NCBI GenBank assembly: GCA_054661495.1
Contig: BAAFSQ010000021.1
Coordinates: 1-32,000 of the forward strand
Length of the DNA stretch: 32,000 nucleotides
Direction of reading: 5' to 3'
Source of the DNA: Zygophlyctis sp. KS116
Taxonomy: Eukaryota; Fungi; Chytridiomycota
Position 1 is the first letter of the stretch; each line of letters starts with the position of its first letter. Shown piece after piece: positions 1-13,700 of the stretch. The notes under the pieces were generated by a model. It had not been told where the DNA came from, made no database searches, and was given only the letters and a program-made list of their open reading frames with translations. The position numbers and the translations under genes are program-made.

Positions 1-451
1 TAATAAAAAACGTTAAAACGAATTTATTAGAATTAATTCATAAAATTGGAAAATTATCTGGATATGATATTGATGTTCGAACTGAAGACGACGTAATTAT
101 TCTTGGTTAATTTATAGGAAACCAATATTATTCTAGACTCTTTTGGAGCTATGCAAGATCTGAAACAAGAATTATCACTTTCTTTAGATGCCGAGATTAA
201 AGAAATGAAATCAGTCTATTGCCAGACATTACCACTACCCTTTGGACCTGTAACTAGTAATATTTTAATTTTAGCCTGTAACGTCTAAATATCTTTTAGG
301 AGAAATTCGACCTTGGGGACCTAGTGCATCTACACTTCCTAAAAAAGGATTGGGAATGTATTTAGCAAAACCCGTTAAAAAAGTTGAAAGTCTCCTGCCT
401 CCACCATTAGCAATTGGTCAAAATGATTTGAAACCTAAATTATCAACCTAG
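1..451 (+). CDS. 3' part of an unidentified protein-coding gene (starts before the window)
   Basis: A continuous frame is restored by removing GT-AG introns 93-117 and 250-274 (25 nt each): ...GYDIDVRTEDD/ETNIILDSFG...PLPFGP/PVTSKYLLGEIRPWGPS...KPKLST*, TAG at 449-451. No family recognised. Confidence 0.6.
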
Positions 452-606
452 ACATTAAATTTAAAAATGAAACCTAAACATGAGAGTTGAAAATGAAACC
501 TAAACATTAGAGTTGAAAATGAAACCTAAACATTGAATTTAAAAATGCAACCTAAACATTGAATTTAAAAATGCAACCTAAACATTAGAGTTGAAAATGA
601 AACATT
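441..606 (+). repeat. 26-bp tandem minisatellite, about 6 copies (ATG[A/C]AACCTAAACATT[AGAGTTG/GAATTTA]AAA)
   Basis: ATGs at an exact 26-bp period: 467, 493, 519, 545, 571, 597. No unique spacers. Confidence 0.95.
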
Positions 607-1154
607 CGCCTGCAGTTTCCTTTTTAATTAATTTATATTCTCTTTCAGAATCTCAAATATCCTCTATTCCACGATCAGGTCCCAAGAATAGACTACTAAA
701 GGGAGATATTCTAAAGTTTGTCGGTCCATTTACTCCAATCAAACATTCCTTTTACTCTAAAACCCTTGACAATGTATCTCCAGATTTCCTAAAGACTCTT
801 GTACAAAAATTATCCAAATTCAATTTGGAATATATTGAAATTGACGCCAAATCCGCATTTGGAGACTTGAAATTGGACTCTGCAACTTTAGGCTCAGGGC
901 AAAATTCTCTTATTTTAGGTCGTGGGCTGGGTTATTTTACAATTTCGAGCAATTTGAATTTGGAGTTTTTCTATTTGAAACCTAATCAGGTTGGAATCCT
1001 TAATGCAAAAATTCAAAATCTAAAATCTAAAAAATCTGGTGACATTATTGATGAATTGTCTTGGGAAAATAAAACTTTAGGACTGGAACTAGATTTAATT
1101 ATAAATTCACAGTTTATATCAAAACAACAAGCACAAAATCTGCTAAGTCTCTAA
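597..1154 (+). CDS. PDX1: E3-binding (PSBD) domain protein, fungal pyruvate dehydrogenase protein X-like, without lipoyl domain
   Basis: N-terminal SPAVSFL...IPRSGPKNRLLKGDILKF matches the peripheral subunit-binding motif (SGPxGRLLKGDVL) of fungal Pdx1/E3BP. Confidence 0.6.
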   Translation: MKHSPAVSFLINLYSLSESQISSIPRSGPKNRLLKGDILKFVGPFTPIKHSFYSKTLDNVSPDFLKTLVQKLSKFNLEYIEIDAKSAFGDLKLDSATLGSGQNSLILGRGLGYFTISSNLNLEFFYLKPNQVGILNAKIQNLKSKKSGDIIDELSWENKTLGLELDLIINSQFISKQQAQNLLSL

Positions 1155-1478
1155 TAGCGCTTCTTGATTTTTTAAAACTTTTAAAAGGGAAGTAGAAGAT
1201 TCTATAATCTTTTGATACGCAATTTCAGTATCACCAATAAGTTTTTCTAATTCAGATTTCTTGTGTAAATCTGAATTTAAAGACACTTTTATACTGGCTA
1301 ACTCACTATTCAGTTTTGATATTTTAGCTTGTATTTCATTTTCTTGAAGCGTTTTTTGAGAAATACTTGATTCTTGTGTTAGGTGTAGTACTGTACCTAA
1401 TTTAGACTTTTTCTCTTTAAGAGTCTCTAAAACTTCAAAGAGTTCATTATTTGCAGACTGGAGCGTACAAGGGAACAT
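1143..1478 (-). CDS. SSNA1: SSNA1/NA14/DIP13 microtubule/centriole coiled-coil protein
   Basis: LQSANNEL...IGDTEIAYQKIIESSTSLLKVLK matches SSNA1 (LQNYNNEL...[23 protein letters not shown]). Removing the in-frame 24-nt intron 1373-1396 (GTACAG...CTAAC...AAG) restores the spacing. Confidence 0.85.
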   Translation of the reverse strand: MFPCTLQSANNELFEVLETLKEKKSKLGTVLHLTQESSISQKTLQENEIQAKISKLNSELASIKVSLNSDLHKKSELEKLIGDTEIAYQKIIESSTSLLKVLKNQEALLET

Positions 1479-1583
1479 TTTTCCAAACTTTATTTTTAAA
1501 TGCGGAAGCTAGAAACTAGAAACTAGAGAGCGCAATTTAATCTTTTCAAGGTCAAGTTGGAACCTGCTCCTAGGCCTGAACAG

Positions 1584-2450
1584 ATGAATTGGACAGTTTC
1601 GCAGTCGCTCGTTTTAATTGCAGTGATTCAGGAAATTGGACTATTAGACTTTGTAAAAATTGCAGAAACTCTAAATAGTATTTTTAGTACAAATACGTTT
1701 CAGCCACAAGATTGTAAATTGGAATATCTTCGAATTTCAGGGAAAACTCAAGGAAAACAAATTAAAGAATGTATATCAGTGCTAAATAAGGAAAGGATTG
1801 CAGAAATAAAACATATTTTAGATGGAGGAATACCAAAATTAGAGTCTAAAATGGATTTGGAAAAATCCCTGCCAACGGATGCTGTAGAATCTCAAAAAGA
1901 CTTGAAAAAAGAGTCAATGACTCCCCTAAATTTTCTAAAATCTCTTCCAAACACAGTATCTACTTTTGCACAAGGAGTCATACAAGGATTAACTAGTAGA
2001 AACCCACTTATAAATACAGAAATAGGCAAATTAGAATCTGAAGATGAAAATATGGAAGATATGACTGGTACTAGTATTTTTTAATCTTTAGAAACTCCTA
2101 GAAAATCTGCTAGATTCTCAAATACTGATGAAAAATATAAAAAATGGAAATCATCTTGTCTATTAATATTTGATAAAATTACAGATCATAGAAATGGAAA
2201 TGTATTTCTAAGAAGGATTAAAGGAGAAGATTATGAAAAAAGTATAAAAATTCCAATGTGTTTGGATCTAGTAAAGAGTAGAATACGTGATGGAACTATA
2301 AAAACTAATGTACAACTTCATAGAGACTTGACATTAATTTGTGCAAATGCTATAATGTATAATCAAGAAGGCTCAGATATATATAATATGACTTTGGAAT
2401 TTAAAGAATTTATAGATTCTGAACTACAAAACTTTCTCATTGATACATAG
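1584..2450 (+). CDS. Bromodomain protein, BRD8-like (N-terminal SANT-like region plus C-terminal bromodomain)
   Basis: Intron 2068-2091 (24 nt). Exon 2 reads DHRNGNVF...IKIPMCLDLVKSRI...DLTLICANAIMYN, a bromodomain. Confidence 0.8.
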
Positions 2451-2453
2451 TAC

Positions 2454-3077
2454 TCAATTTCCAAAATATATTCCTTCTTGTGCCAACCATTTTTCAGAAT
2501 TTGATTTTGAATTTACACAAGTAACTTCTAATTGTCCTGGAATTACTGATTGATACATGTAATTTTTAGTACAAGCTAAATAATTCCCAGTATCAACATG
2601 TTCCAACATGACTTCTGTCTCTCTTTTCCAAAACTTGATCTCATCTTGACAAATTAATTTCCAATTATCACCATTATCCATTTTATCAAAAGCCGAAACT
2701 TCCTGTCTACCAGAAAGCGGTGAATTAAATCCTTGATGAGAGTGAAGATACATTTTAGTACTTGTATGATAGAGTCTAATAATTGAATTACACTTTATAG
2801 GTTCGCCCAAAGTGCAAGGAGTCTCTTTAAATCCTTCTCTAACCATAAAATAAGAGTTTGCATCATTTGCATGTTCAAAACCAGTGACCGATTGTTGTCC
2901 GGAACCTGAATTTCCATAACTAACAGAATGCGAGTGAAGTTTAAACCCATTTTCCTTGTTTGTTAATTTAACAGAACTTCCACAAGTCACATACTTGAAT
3001 TCTTCTTCAATAACAAACGGTAGTTGGGACTCTGAGTATAACAGAGAAAAGAATAGAGAAAACCACGACAAAATCAT
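2454..3077 (-). CDS. SDF2: Stromal cell-derived factor 2-like MIR-domain ER protein
   Basis: Signal peptide MILSWFSLFFSLLYS; VTCGSSVKL...LHSHSVSYGNSGSGQQSVT, LHSH...SPLSGRQEVSAF, C-terminal EGIYF. Confidence 0.9.
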   Translation of the reverse strand: MILSWFSLFFSLLYSESQLPFVIEEEFKYVTCGSSVKLTNKENGFKLHSHSVSYGNSGSGQQSVTGFEHANDANSYFMVREGFKETPCTLGEPIKCNSIIRLYHTSTKMYLHSHQGFNSPLSGRQEVSAFDKMDNGDNWKLICQDEIKFWKRETEVMLEHVDTGNYLACTKNYMYQSVIPGQLEVTCVNSKSNSEKWLAQEGIYFGN

Positions 3078-3271
3078 TATTTTCCTTGTCTGATCGGGAA
3101 TCTTGTCTGATAACGTTTTTACAAGTCTATCTAGTTGATGCAACTACTGCTTACAATCATAATGATAATAACAGCGATGGTCATTTTAAATCAACTCATA
3201 ATCTCATGAGTACTTGAAATCTAGCGGTCAACTCACCATCGGCCAATGGCAAGGAGCAGGAATTCAAAAGA

Positions 3272-4533
3272 ATGATCAAATCAGGAGATTATGTGCTCTT
3301 TCAGCTTCCATCGTCAAACTACAAGCTCATTCAAGTCAAGGCCGCAGAGTAATTTGCAATCGTTAACAATAGAAATATAGATTTGGGGAAATATGGATCA
3401 TTTAGTGCTGATGCATTGATTGGGCAGGATTACGATTGGACTTTTGAAGTTACCGGAGACTCTATTGAGAAAAAGGAAGTGGAATTAAATGATTTTGAAA
3501 TTGATTTGGAAACTGTTGGATCTAATCAAACTATTAATGATTTGGGGCATGAATCTCAAAAATTATCTTTTGAAGATATTGAAAAAATGAAGGGATCTTC
3601 AGTCTCTGGACAGGAAATTATTCAATCAATGATTCAGAATCATGCAGAATTTGATAAAAAAACTGCATTTTCTAAAATGAAATATTTGAAGAGGAAAGCT
3701 TCAAAGTTTATTAAAGCTTTTACTCCTAAAAGGCCAACGGCTAGAAGGCTTTTAGAATACTATTTAGAAAAAAATTCTAGTAGAGTAAAGGAAATTAGAC
3801 TAGATACTCTTTCTCAAATGTTGACAGCTTTAAATGTTAGGGCAGGGTGCAAGTGGTTAACAGTTGATGATACAAATGGAATAATTGTAGCAGCAATTTT
3901 AGAACGTTTACAAGGATATGGAATGGTTTTTAATATGTCAGAACATGAAATGGGAAAATTAGATGCTCCTAAATATTTAAATTATTCTTCAGATTTATTG
4001 AATTATATCATGTTTCCTTGGCATAGAATAAATAAACAGGCTGATGAAGATTTGGATTTGGAAGAGTTGAAAAAGGATGATTCACCTGAAGGGATTAAGA
4101 AATTTGAAAGAATGTCAAAGAAATTAGAAATATTAACTCAAAGGCGATCACAATTGTTGGAAGCTGATTTTGATGGGTATTATATTTTAAAATTTAATCT
4201 TTTAGACTTGTTATAGCTTCTCACTTGAATCCTATTCAAGTTTTATCTAGACTACGGCCATATCTAAAAGGTTCTGCTCCAGTAGTGATTTACTCTCAAT
4301 ATAAAGAGGGTTTATATGATGTTTACAGTTTTATTAGATCTTCAACAGATTATCTAGATTGTCAACTTTCTGAATCATGGATGAGGGAATATCAAATGCC
4401 ATCAGGAAAAGGAGGAATGCATCCATTTATGATGACTTCAGGAAGAAGTGGGTATCTTTTAACTGCAATCACAGCTATAAGTCCTTCTGAAGACCTTATT
4501 CCAATGCATTCAAAGCGTCAAAAAACAAGATAA
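3272..4533 (+). CDS. TRM6: tRNA m1A58 methyltransferase non-catalytic subunit (Gcd10/Trm6)
   Basis: Introns 3349-3372 and 4177-4205. Motifs IDLGKYGSF, FDKKTAFSKMKYLKRK, IRLDTLSQML, SESWMREYQ...MHPFM. Confidence 0.9.
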
Positions 4534-5244
4534 CTATATTTTACCAATTGTTGGAGTAGGTCCTAACCAGGGCTTTTCAAGGAAATAAGATATTGATTCA
4601 AATCTATCACTTCCCCAAAAACTCTCTGTTCTTGAACCATTCTTTACAACTCTAAAAAATATTATAAAATTAAATTACATCCATGGTGCACCAAATGATC
4701 CATAAGCCTCCACAGCTTCATTAGTAACACGCTGCAATTCTTCTTTGGCAGCAGATCCTCTCGCTTGTGTAGATAATTCCTTGATTTGATCCTCTGTAAA
4801 TAGTTGGCCAAGGCAATAAATCAGCTCTTCGCTCTTCCCGATATCCTTACCCTGACCCCACCCCCTATTCCAGATGCACCTTGATAGTAGAACCAACTTT
4901 TCCGGATATTGCTTTTTGACTACAGTCAAGACTCGTTGAGCTTGAAGCGTGTTCATTGGAAAATTATCAGGGATTTCAGGACGTACAGGGACATTAAATT
5001 GCAATTGCAATCTTGCTAGATCAGACATCATGTACCTAGCTTTAAAAGGATTGCTTCCTGGCGGGACGTTAGATGTGGCACCCATTACTCCTCCCCTAAA
5101 AATTAATATTTTAAGCTATTACAAAAAGAAGGGGGTGTATGTTATTGTCACATCTGTCCAGATTTTTTCATATCTATGGCAAACCTCAACTGCTAACCAA
5201 CTATAGGGTGACACAAGATCATAGTAAATATTGATCGTTTTCAT
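4534..5244 (-). CDS. GSTK1: Glutathione S-transferase kappa / HCCA isomerase (DsbA family)
   Basis: Introns 5096-5122 and 4652-4678. YYDLVSPYSW, PFFLGGVM...N.PP, GSFGAPWI, FWGSDRFE. Confidence 0.88.
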
Positions 5245-5270
5245 CGTAAAATTTTGTCTGGTGCCACAAA

Positions 5271-7001
5271 ATGTTGGCAAATGCGGAACTCAATAGACTG
5301 ACTGTTCTGATCATTAAAGAAAGTTTTGGGAGTAATGTGGGAGTAAGTGCTCAGTAATTAACTTGATAGGAAGTTGCATCAGCTCTTTGCTCAAAGGGGA
5401 GATGCTCCTTGACAAGATTATGTAGTTTGACAAATATGGGAATGAAAAAAGTAAAAGAGGCTCTTATAATCTTATTGCATCATTCATTAGTTACATTTGT
5501 GGAAGTAGAGGAGAAGATGAAGGCTATAATTTATTATGAAATTCATCCGTTGTTGGTCTTGCAAAGAAATCAATTTCCAATCATTTTGAAAATTGCTCAT
5601 GATGAATTTGGAATGGTCGGACAGAATATAATTTATAAGCTCTTGCTAAATGGGAGACTTACTTTTGCAAATTTGGATTTGGAAGATGATCAATTGGAAT
5701 CTTGCTTTTTACAAATGTTGAAGAAAAGATTTATTATAAAGTGTGATGCAAAAGACTGCGCAACTACAAAAGATCAGTTAATGGCTGAAGAAGCTTCAAT
5801 GATTGAGCAACAGGGTTCGGTCATTACTCCAACGGCACTAACTAATTTGAAGAAAAAGTTGAAGGAAAAGAGAATGGCCGAACAGTCTGCGGCTGAAAAT
5901 TTAGGACAGGTATGTCTTTTAACTGAATAATTTTTAGAAAAGAAAAAGGGCTATTTTCACAGATATGGTATGTTTCGTATTTTTATAGTTGACTGATTGA
6001 GCACTTTGCAAATCAGGATAATCATTCAAATTTTTTCTTACAATTAGGATGAAGAACTCAATTTTAAAGAATCTAGCAGTTTTTTCAGAGTCAATTTAGA
6101 ACAGTTTCATTTGTTTAGTCGTGACAAGGTTTTTTTTATTTCCTAAGAATATATAGGAATTCGTTATGCTTGCTGAGAAAAAGATTAATAGCGTTGCAAG
6201 TCATATTTTGGAATGTATACTTAATGAATGTAGAACATCTGATCAGCCTAATGGTATGTGTTGCAGTTTGATTTGAATTAGGTTTAACACTGGTTAAAAT
6301 TTCGACTCTTATCAATTCAGAAATTCCCTTACTGGTAGAAGGATCGTCAAATAGCAAACTGGATGATTATTTAATGAGTTTATCTTCAAATGAGGCTCGT
6401 TTTCTGGTAAAAGTAGATCAAAAAGGTGGAGGATTGTACAAGGTGAATTATGAAAAAGCTGGTCAATCCTTGAAACTAAATATCATTGAATCCATTATAC
6501 AAGAAAAGTGGGGCTTGCTTGGTTGTAGAATATGGCGTATACTACACCAAAAGAAAAAATTAGATGAAAAACAGGTTTCAAAACTCGGCATGATTTCTCA
6601 AAAAGACGGAAGAGAATGTCTTTATAAGATGATGAAAGACGGATTTTGTTTTTTACAGGTAACTTTACTTGTTTGTCAAAGTTTAGGACGTCCCAAAAAC
6701 GGCTGATCATTCTGCATCACGTACTTTTTTTCTTTGGTACATTGATCCAGATCGCACGATAAAGTTGATCATCAAAAACTCTCATAAAACTATATTTAAC
6801 TTAAAAAGTAGATTAAAAAAAGAAATGGAAACTAGAAAGATTCTATTGGATAAAATGAAGCGCCTAGATGTCGTTTCCGGACAAGCAAAATTAACAGAAA
6901 CTGACAAGAAAGAATTGGAAGTTTTGGAAAAAATTGAAACGATCATTCGAATCTCTGAATTACGACTAGAGTCTACAATCATGATACTTCGCGATATTTA
7001 G
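5271..7001 (+). CDS. RPC82: RNA polymerase III subunit RPC3 (Rpc82/POLR3C)
   Basis: Introns 5343-5369, 5910-5937, 5968-6047, 6129-6156, 6254-6281, 6659-6686. Winged-helix N-terminus; FRVNLEQF; LQDVPKTADHSASRTFFLW signature. Confidence 0.9.
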
Positions 7002-8431
7002 CTAATAGAATTAGCCACAGAATACATTTCATCCATTGTCACCAATTTTTCTCGAATTTTATTGGCTTTTTGTCCAGATTCAATTTCTTTTAGATCAATT
7101 TTATGCCATCCTTTATAGGATATAGGATTTATGCCTGTTGCTTTCAATAATTCTTCAATAGTAGTAGAGGGATGATTGTTTTCCAGAAAATCCTTATCTT
7201 CTATAATTGAATGCGCAGTTTCTAAAGAACTCATTAGAGTAGTAGCAATAGTCCCAACAGGTCCAGTTTTTATCCATCCAGAAACATATAATCCCCGAGT
7301 CCCAATCACCCTACCTCTATCATTTGGGACAATACATCTTTGAGAATCCCAGGGAATATCTGGATCTACCCTTTCTCCCCTTGATCCTATAGCAGTTATA
7401 ACCATTTCTCCATTTATAGTTTCAAATTCTCCAGTTCCTACTGCTCTTCCATCCTTGATAATATTTTTTTCAAATTTAATTCCAACCACTCTATTTTCCT
7501 TGTCCGATAATATTTGAAAAGGAGATCTTTGAAAATGAAAGTACAAATTCTTTGAAAATTCCAAAGATTCTTCTTTTGAATTTTTTAACATTAAATCCAG
7601 TAATCTCTGTTTCCCTCTTTCCTTGTTCAATCTTAAACTATTTTGAGAAATCGTATCCTTTAAATATTCACTATTTACAAAAATTCCTAATCCTTCAATT
7701 TTTGTTAAATCCCTAAATTCTTTTGTAGTGAATGCAGCCTAGATTCTATTATCAAATCGTGAATTTACCTCTAATGCACCTCTTCTCCCCACAATATGAA
7801 TATTTTTAATTTTACTAGATTTTAACAATTCCAAAGCCCTAGCAGTAATATCAGTATTAGCCAAATCCTCTAATCCATTTCTAGACTATAATTTAGATTT
7901 AATAAAATACGTTTGGATCTTTAATCAGTATCCTAGCAATATCTAAAGCCACATTCCCATTCCCAATTATAATTACCGATTCACAATTTAAATCCAACTT
8001 TAAATCAGAAATTTCTTTAAAATATTTTGGATGTCCATTATACCATCCAACAATAGAGTTTGCAGAGTAAATCCCCTTTAGGTTTGACGAATTAAGGCCA
8101 AGGGTATTATTTAAACCTGAGCCGTAACCTAAAACTACTCCATTGTAAGCTTTTGTGAGATCTTTTAAGCGCAGAGCCCCTAATTGAACACCGCCATAGT
8201 ATCCAACATTTGGCATTTTAAGAAAATCATTAAATTTGACCATTACATTTTTAACATGCTGATGATCTGGCGCTACCCCACTTCTTACTAATCCAAAAGG
8301 TGTTGGTAACAAATCTATTACATCTATAGATAAATTGAATGATTTTAGCAATGACAATCCAGTATATAAATTCCCTTTAATTATCGTATCTAAAACATAC
8401 CTGGGCCAGCTCCAACAAGAGCCAATTTCAT
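6998..8431 (-). CDS. ARH1: NADPH:adrenodoxin/ferredoxin reductase
   Basis: Introns 8375-8400, 7886-7910, 7739-7768. VGAGP, PTPFGLVRSGVAPDH, VGWYNGHP, IGNGNVALDIAR, AFTTKEFR, SGWIKTGPVGTI. Confidence 0.93.
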
Positions 8432-8587
8432 TTGCAAATTTGAGATTTATTGAATTATTAAGAGGAATACGCATCTATAGACTAGATAATGCATTTGAGG
8501 AATTATTGGAATTGAATGCATGCAATCGGACAATATATTTTTGACTCTACTTCAGACTATACATATTTAATTTTTCTAAAAAAATTA

Positions 8588-10833
<2,246 letters not shown>

Positions 10834-10897
10834 ATTTAGTCCTTTTTTGTTTTGCCCTTTTAATAAACTTGTCTTGCTGATTGAATTTTCAAATTTG

Positions 10898-11641
10898 ATG
10901 ATCAAGAATAGAATTGTATTGTTAGCGAATGGATTATTCATATATTCGGCTTCAGCATACTGTGGATATGTCGGCTTCAAAATCTATAAACTCCCTGATC
11001 CACCCATTGGATCTGATTTACCAGTGAATCAAACAGATGTTGCCGATCGCTATGATGGCATTGCTACTGATTATGATGATAAAATTGGATGGGATGAATG
11101 GTTTCTTGGAATGAATTCAAAAAGGAAATCCCTGCTAAAGCATGCACATGGAGACACTCTGGAAATATCAGCAGGAACCGGTAGGAACTTGAATTATTAT
11201 GATTCATCTCTCATAAAACAACTGATCTTATCTGATCTTAGCATTAATATGCTTCAAGAAGCCAAAGCAAAGATTCCTATTGGTTTAAATACTTCGCTAC
11301 ACATTATGGATGCAAGAAATCTACCAGTTCAAGACAACACATTTGATACAATTACGCAAACATTTGGTTTATGTTCCATTCATGATCCAGTATCTGCATT
11401 AAAAGAAATGAAAAGAGTAGTTAAACCAGGAGGATCTATTTTGCTTTTAGAACATGGTAAATCACACTATGATTGGTTAAATACGACACTTGATAAATTG
11501 GATAATGATCATTCAAACAGTTGGGGTTGTCATTGGAATCGAGATATTAAAACACTTGTAAAGGAGGCAGGTCTAGAAGTGACTGAAGAAAAACGTTATC
11601 ATCTGGGAACCACTTACTGGCTTAGAATCAATATTGATTAA
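10898..11641 (+). CDS. OMS1: SAM-dependent methyltransferase, Oms1-like (mitochondrial, N-terminal TM)
   Basis: LEISAGTGRN motif I, FDTITQTFGLCS, LLEHGKSHYDWLN, WGCHWNRDI, RYHLGTTYW. Confidence 0.8.
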   Translation: MIKNRIVLLANGLFIYSASAYCGYVGFKIYKLPDPPIGSDLPVNQTDVADRYDGIATDYDDKIGWDEWFLGMNSKRKSLLKHAHGDTLEISAGTGRNLNYYDSSLIKQLILSDLSINMLQEAKAKIPIGLNTSLHIMDARNLPVQDNTFDTITQTFGLCSIHDPVSALKEMKRVVKPGGSILLLEHGKSHYDWLNTTLDKLDNDHSNSWGCHWNRDIKTLVKEAGLEVTEEKRYHLGTTYWLRINID

Positions 11642-11643
11642 GT

Positions 11644-12801
11644 CTATAGATTTTGTGGTACAGATTCATAAAATGATGCATTTTCACCTTCTACTGATAT
11701 TTTTCTTAAAGGATAAGAAATCCGTTGATTAGAGTATGGAGATTGTAAACAACTTTTTTAATTAGATAAAAAAAAGTATACTTTTCAGAAGGAATTGGCA
11801 TTTCTTTAAAGTATGGATGCTGTATAGCATTTTCAGGACTTGATCTCTTTTCAGGATCATATTCTAGCAATTCTTGTAATAGTTTGAGTCCAGACGGAGA
11901 TTGAGTTTGAAATGATGAATATATCCTTGCTAGATTATTAGTTTTCAAGTTTGAAAATTCCACCAACTTTTCATAATCTGGCATTGATGATAATAATATC
12001 CAATCTGAAGCTATAATTAATTAAAGAAAAATTACTTGTCGGACATCCTAGAATAGAAATAATCTTTTTTAATTGATCTCTTTGAAAAGGAAACCTCTTT
12101 TTTGAGTCTACTTTAACCTCTTCACCTTTAAATATTGGCCTTAATAAAAACAATTCAGCAAAAATACAACCTATTGCCCATAAATCAATTGCAGGAGTAT
12201 AATGACGTGAACCTAGTAATAATTCAGGAGCTCTACCTTGATTAAAAAATCAACATTACCTATACCAAATTGTAACTACGACTTTATCTGTATTAAATAG
12301 AGGCTGTATAGGTTCATGATAAACTCTAGCTAATCCCAAATCCGCAATTTTAACTATTCCACCTACAGTAACTAAAATATTTGCAGGTTTCAAGTCTCTA
12401 TGCATTATATAATTAGAATGCAAGTATTCTACTCCTTTAATAAGTTGAAATAAAAATGATTTCACAGAGTATTCAGGAATCGGTGTTTGTTTTAGATTGT
12501 ATGCGTGATAATGCAAGATTTGTAACAGATCATGTTCTGCATATTCAAAAACCAAAGAAATTGTTTTTTCATTCAGATCAAGAAAAATGTCTAGTAATTG
12601 TACCACATACTCATTCTTCATTTCCTTACAAATTGAAATTTCTCTAATGGCGGATAAACTAACGCCCTTTTGAGCTTCAGAGGTTGATTGATTAAGTTTT
12701 AAAAACTTTTTGACAGCATAGAATTTCCCACTCTTTGATGCCTTGAAAACCCTTCCATAAGTTCCAGACGCTATGAAGCCATGAATTGTATAATCCTTCA
12801 T
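11644..12801 (-). CDS. SSN3: Cyclin-dependent kinase 8 (Mediator kinase, Ssn3/Srb10)
   Basis: Introns 12233-12259, 12011-12035, 11753-11781. [55 protein letters not shown]. Confidence 0.9.
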
Positions 12802-12826
12802 TCGACTGATAAGCGGTCAGAGGCCA

Positions 12827-12839
12827 AGGTTCGCGTCTA
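12827..12839. promoter_or_regulatory. Candidate promoter element AGGTTCGCGTCTA (copy 1)
   Basis: Identical 13-mer at 26408-26420. Both copies lie 20-26 nt upstream of a minus-strand ATG. Confidence 0.45.
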
Positions 12840-12851
12840 AAAAAAGTTTTG

Positions 12852-13660
12852 ATGAATTCAACTGTTTTCAAGAATTCAACAGCCTTTGTGCGGTCCGCTT
12901 TGGCAAAACCAACTGGGCCATCAATCCCTGTAAAGTCTGCGGTTGAAATCTCTTTTAAAAGAATGAAAACGGAATTTGTAAAGTTGACTAAAAGAGGTTT
13001 TGCGGTTCAGGTGACAAAGGCCACAGACTCTACAAATCTTGTCACACCGCCAAAGTCTCAATCTCACGCTACAAAAAATTTGGCAACCTATGATGACTTG
13101 GCATCTAGAAATTTCACTTATTTCATGGTCGGGACTTATTCTTTTGTTGGAGCAGTCGTTGCTAAAAATATTATTACAGACTATTTAGAGCATTTTTCAG
13201 CTTCGGCAGATGTATTGGCTCTTGCTAAAGTAGAAGTTAATATGGCTTCGGTTCCTGCAGGGAAAAATATTATTATCAAGTGGAGAGGGAAACCAATTTT
13301 TGTCAGACATCGAACACTTGATGGTAATTATATAGAGTAAAGTAGTAGAAATAGAAGAAGCTAATGCAGTTTCTTTGACTGAATTAAGACATCCAGAAAC
13401 TGATGATTCTAGAACAAAAAATCCAGAATGGTTAGTAATGATTGGAGTTTGTACTCATTTGGGTTGTGTGCCAATTGGTGAAGGTATTTTTTTAAAGTTT
13501 TAAAAGAATTATAGCTGGAGATTATGGAGGTTGGTTCTGTCCATGTCATGGTTCTCATTATGATATTTCAGGACGAATTCGTAAAGGACCGGCTCCGTTA
13601 AATTTAGAAGTTCCACCATATGAACTAAATGATGCTGAAGGAAAGATTGTGATTGGTTAA
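12852..13660 (+). CDS. RIP1: Cytochrome bc1 Rieske iron-sulfur protein
   Basis: Introns 13324-13348 and 13484-13514. [44 protein letters not shown]. Confidence 0.97.
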
Positions 13661-13700
13661 ACCAAGAATAAAAAATATATCCATTTTTTTTATTATATTT

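Noticed and set aside
441-606. CRISPR array
   Set aside because: Contiguous tandem units with no unique spacers, no cas genes, and a eukaryotic context.
3206-3271. TRM6 N-terminal extension through an in-frame TGA (ATG AGT ACT TGA)
   Set aside because: No SECIS or conservation evidence. ATG 3272 gives a normal Trm6 start.
5984-6040. Functional tRNA gene or box C/D snoRNA in the RPC82 intron
   Set aside because: No acceptor or T stem and no canonical C box. Kept only as a possible mimic or remnant.
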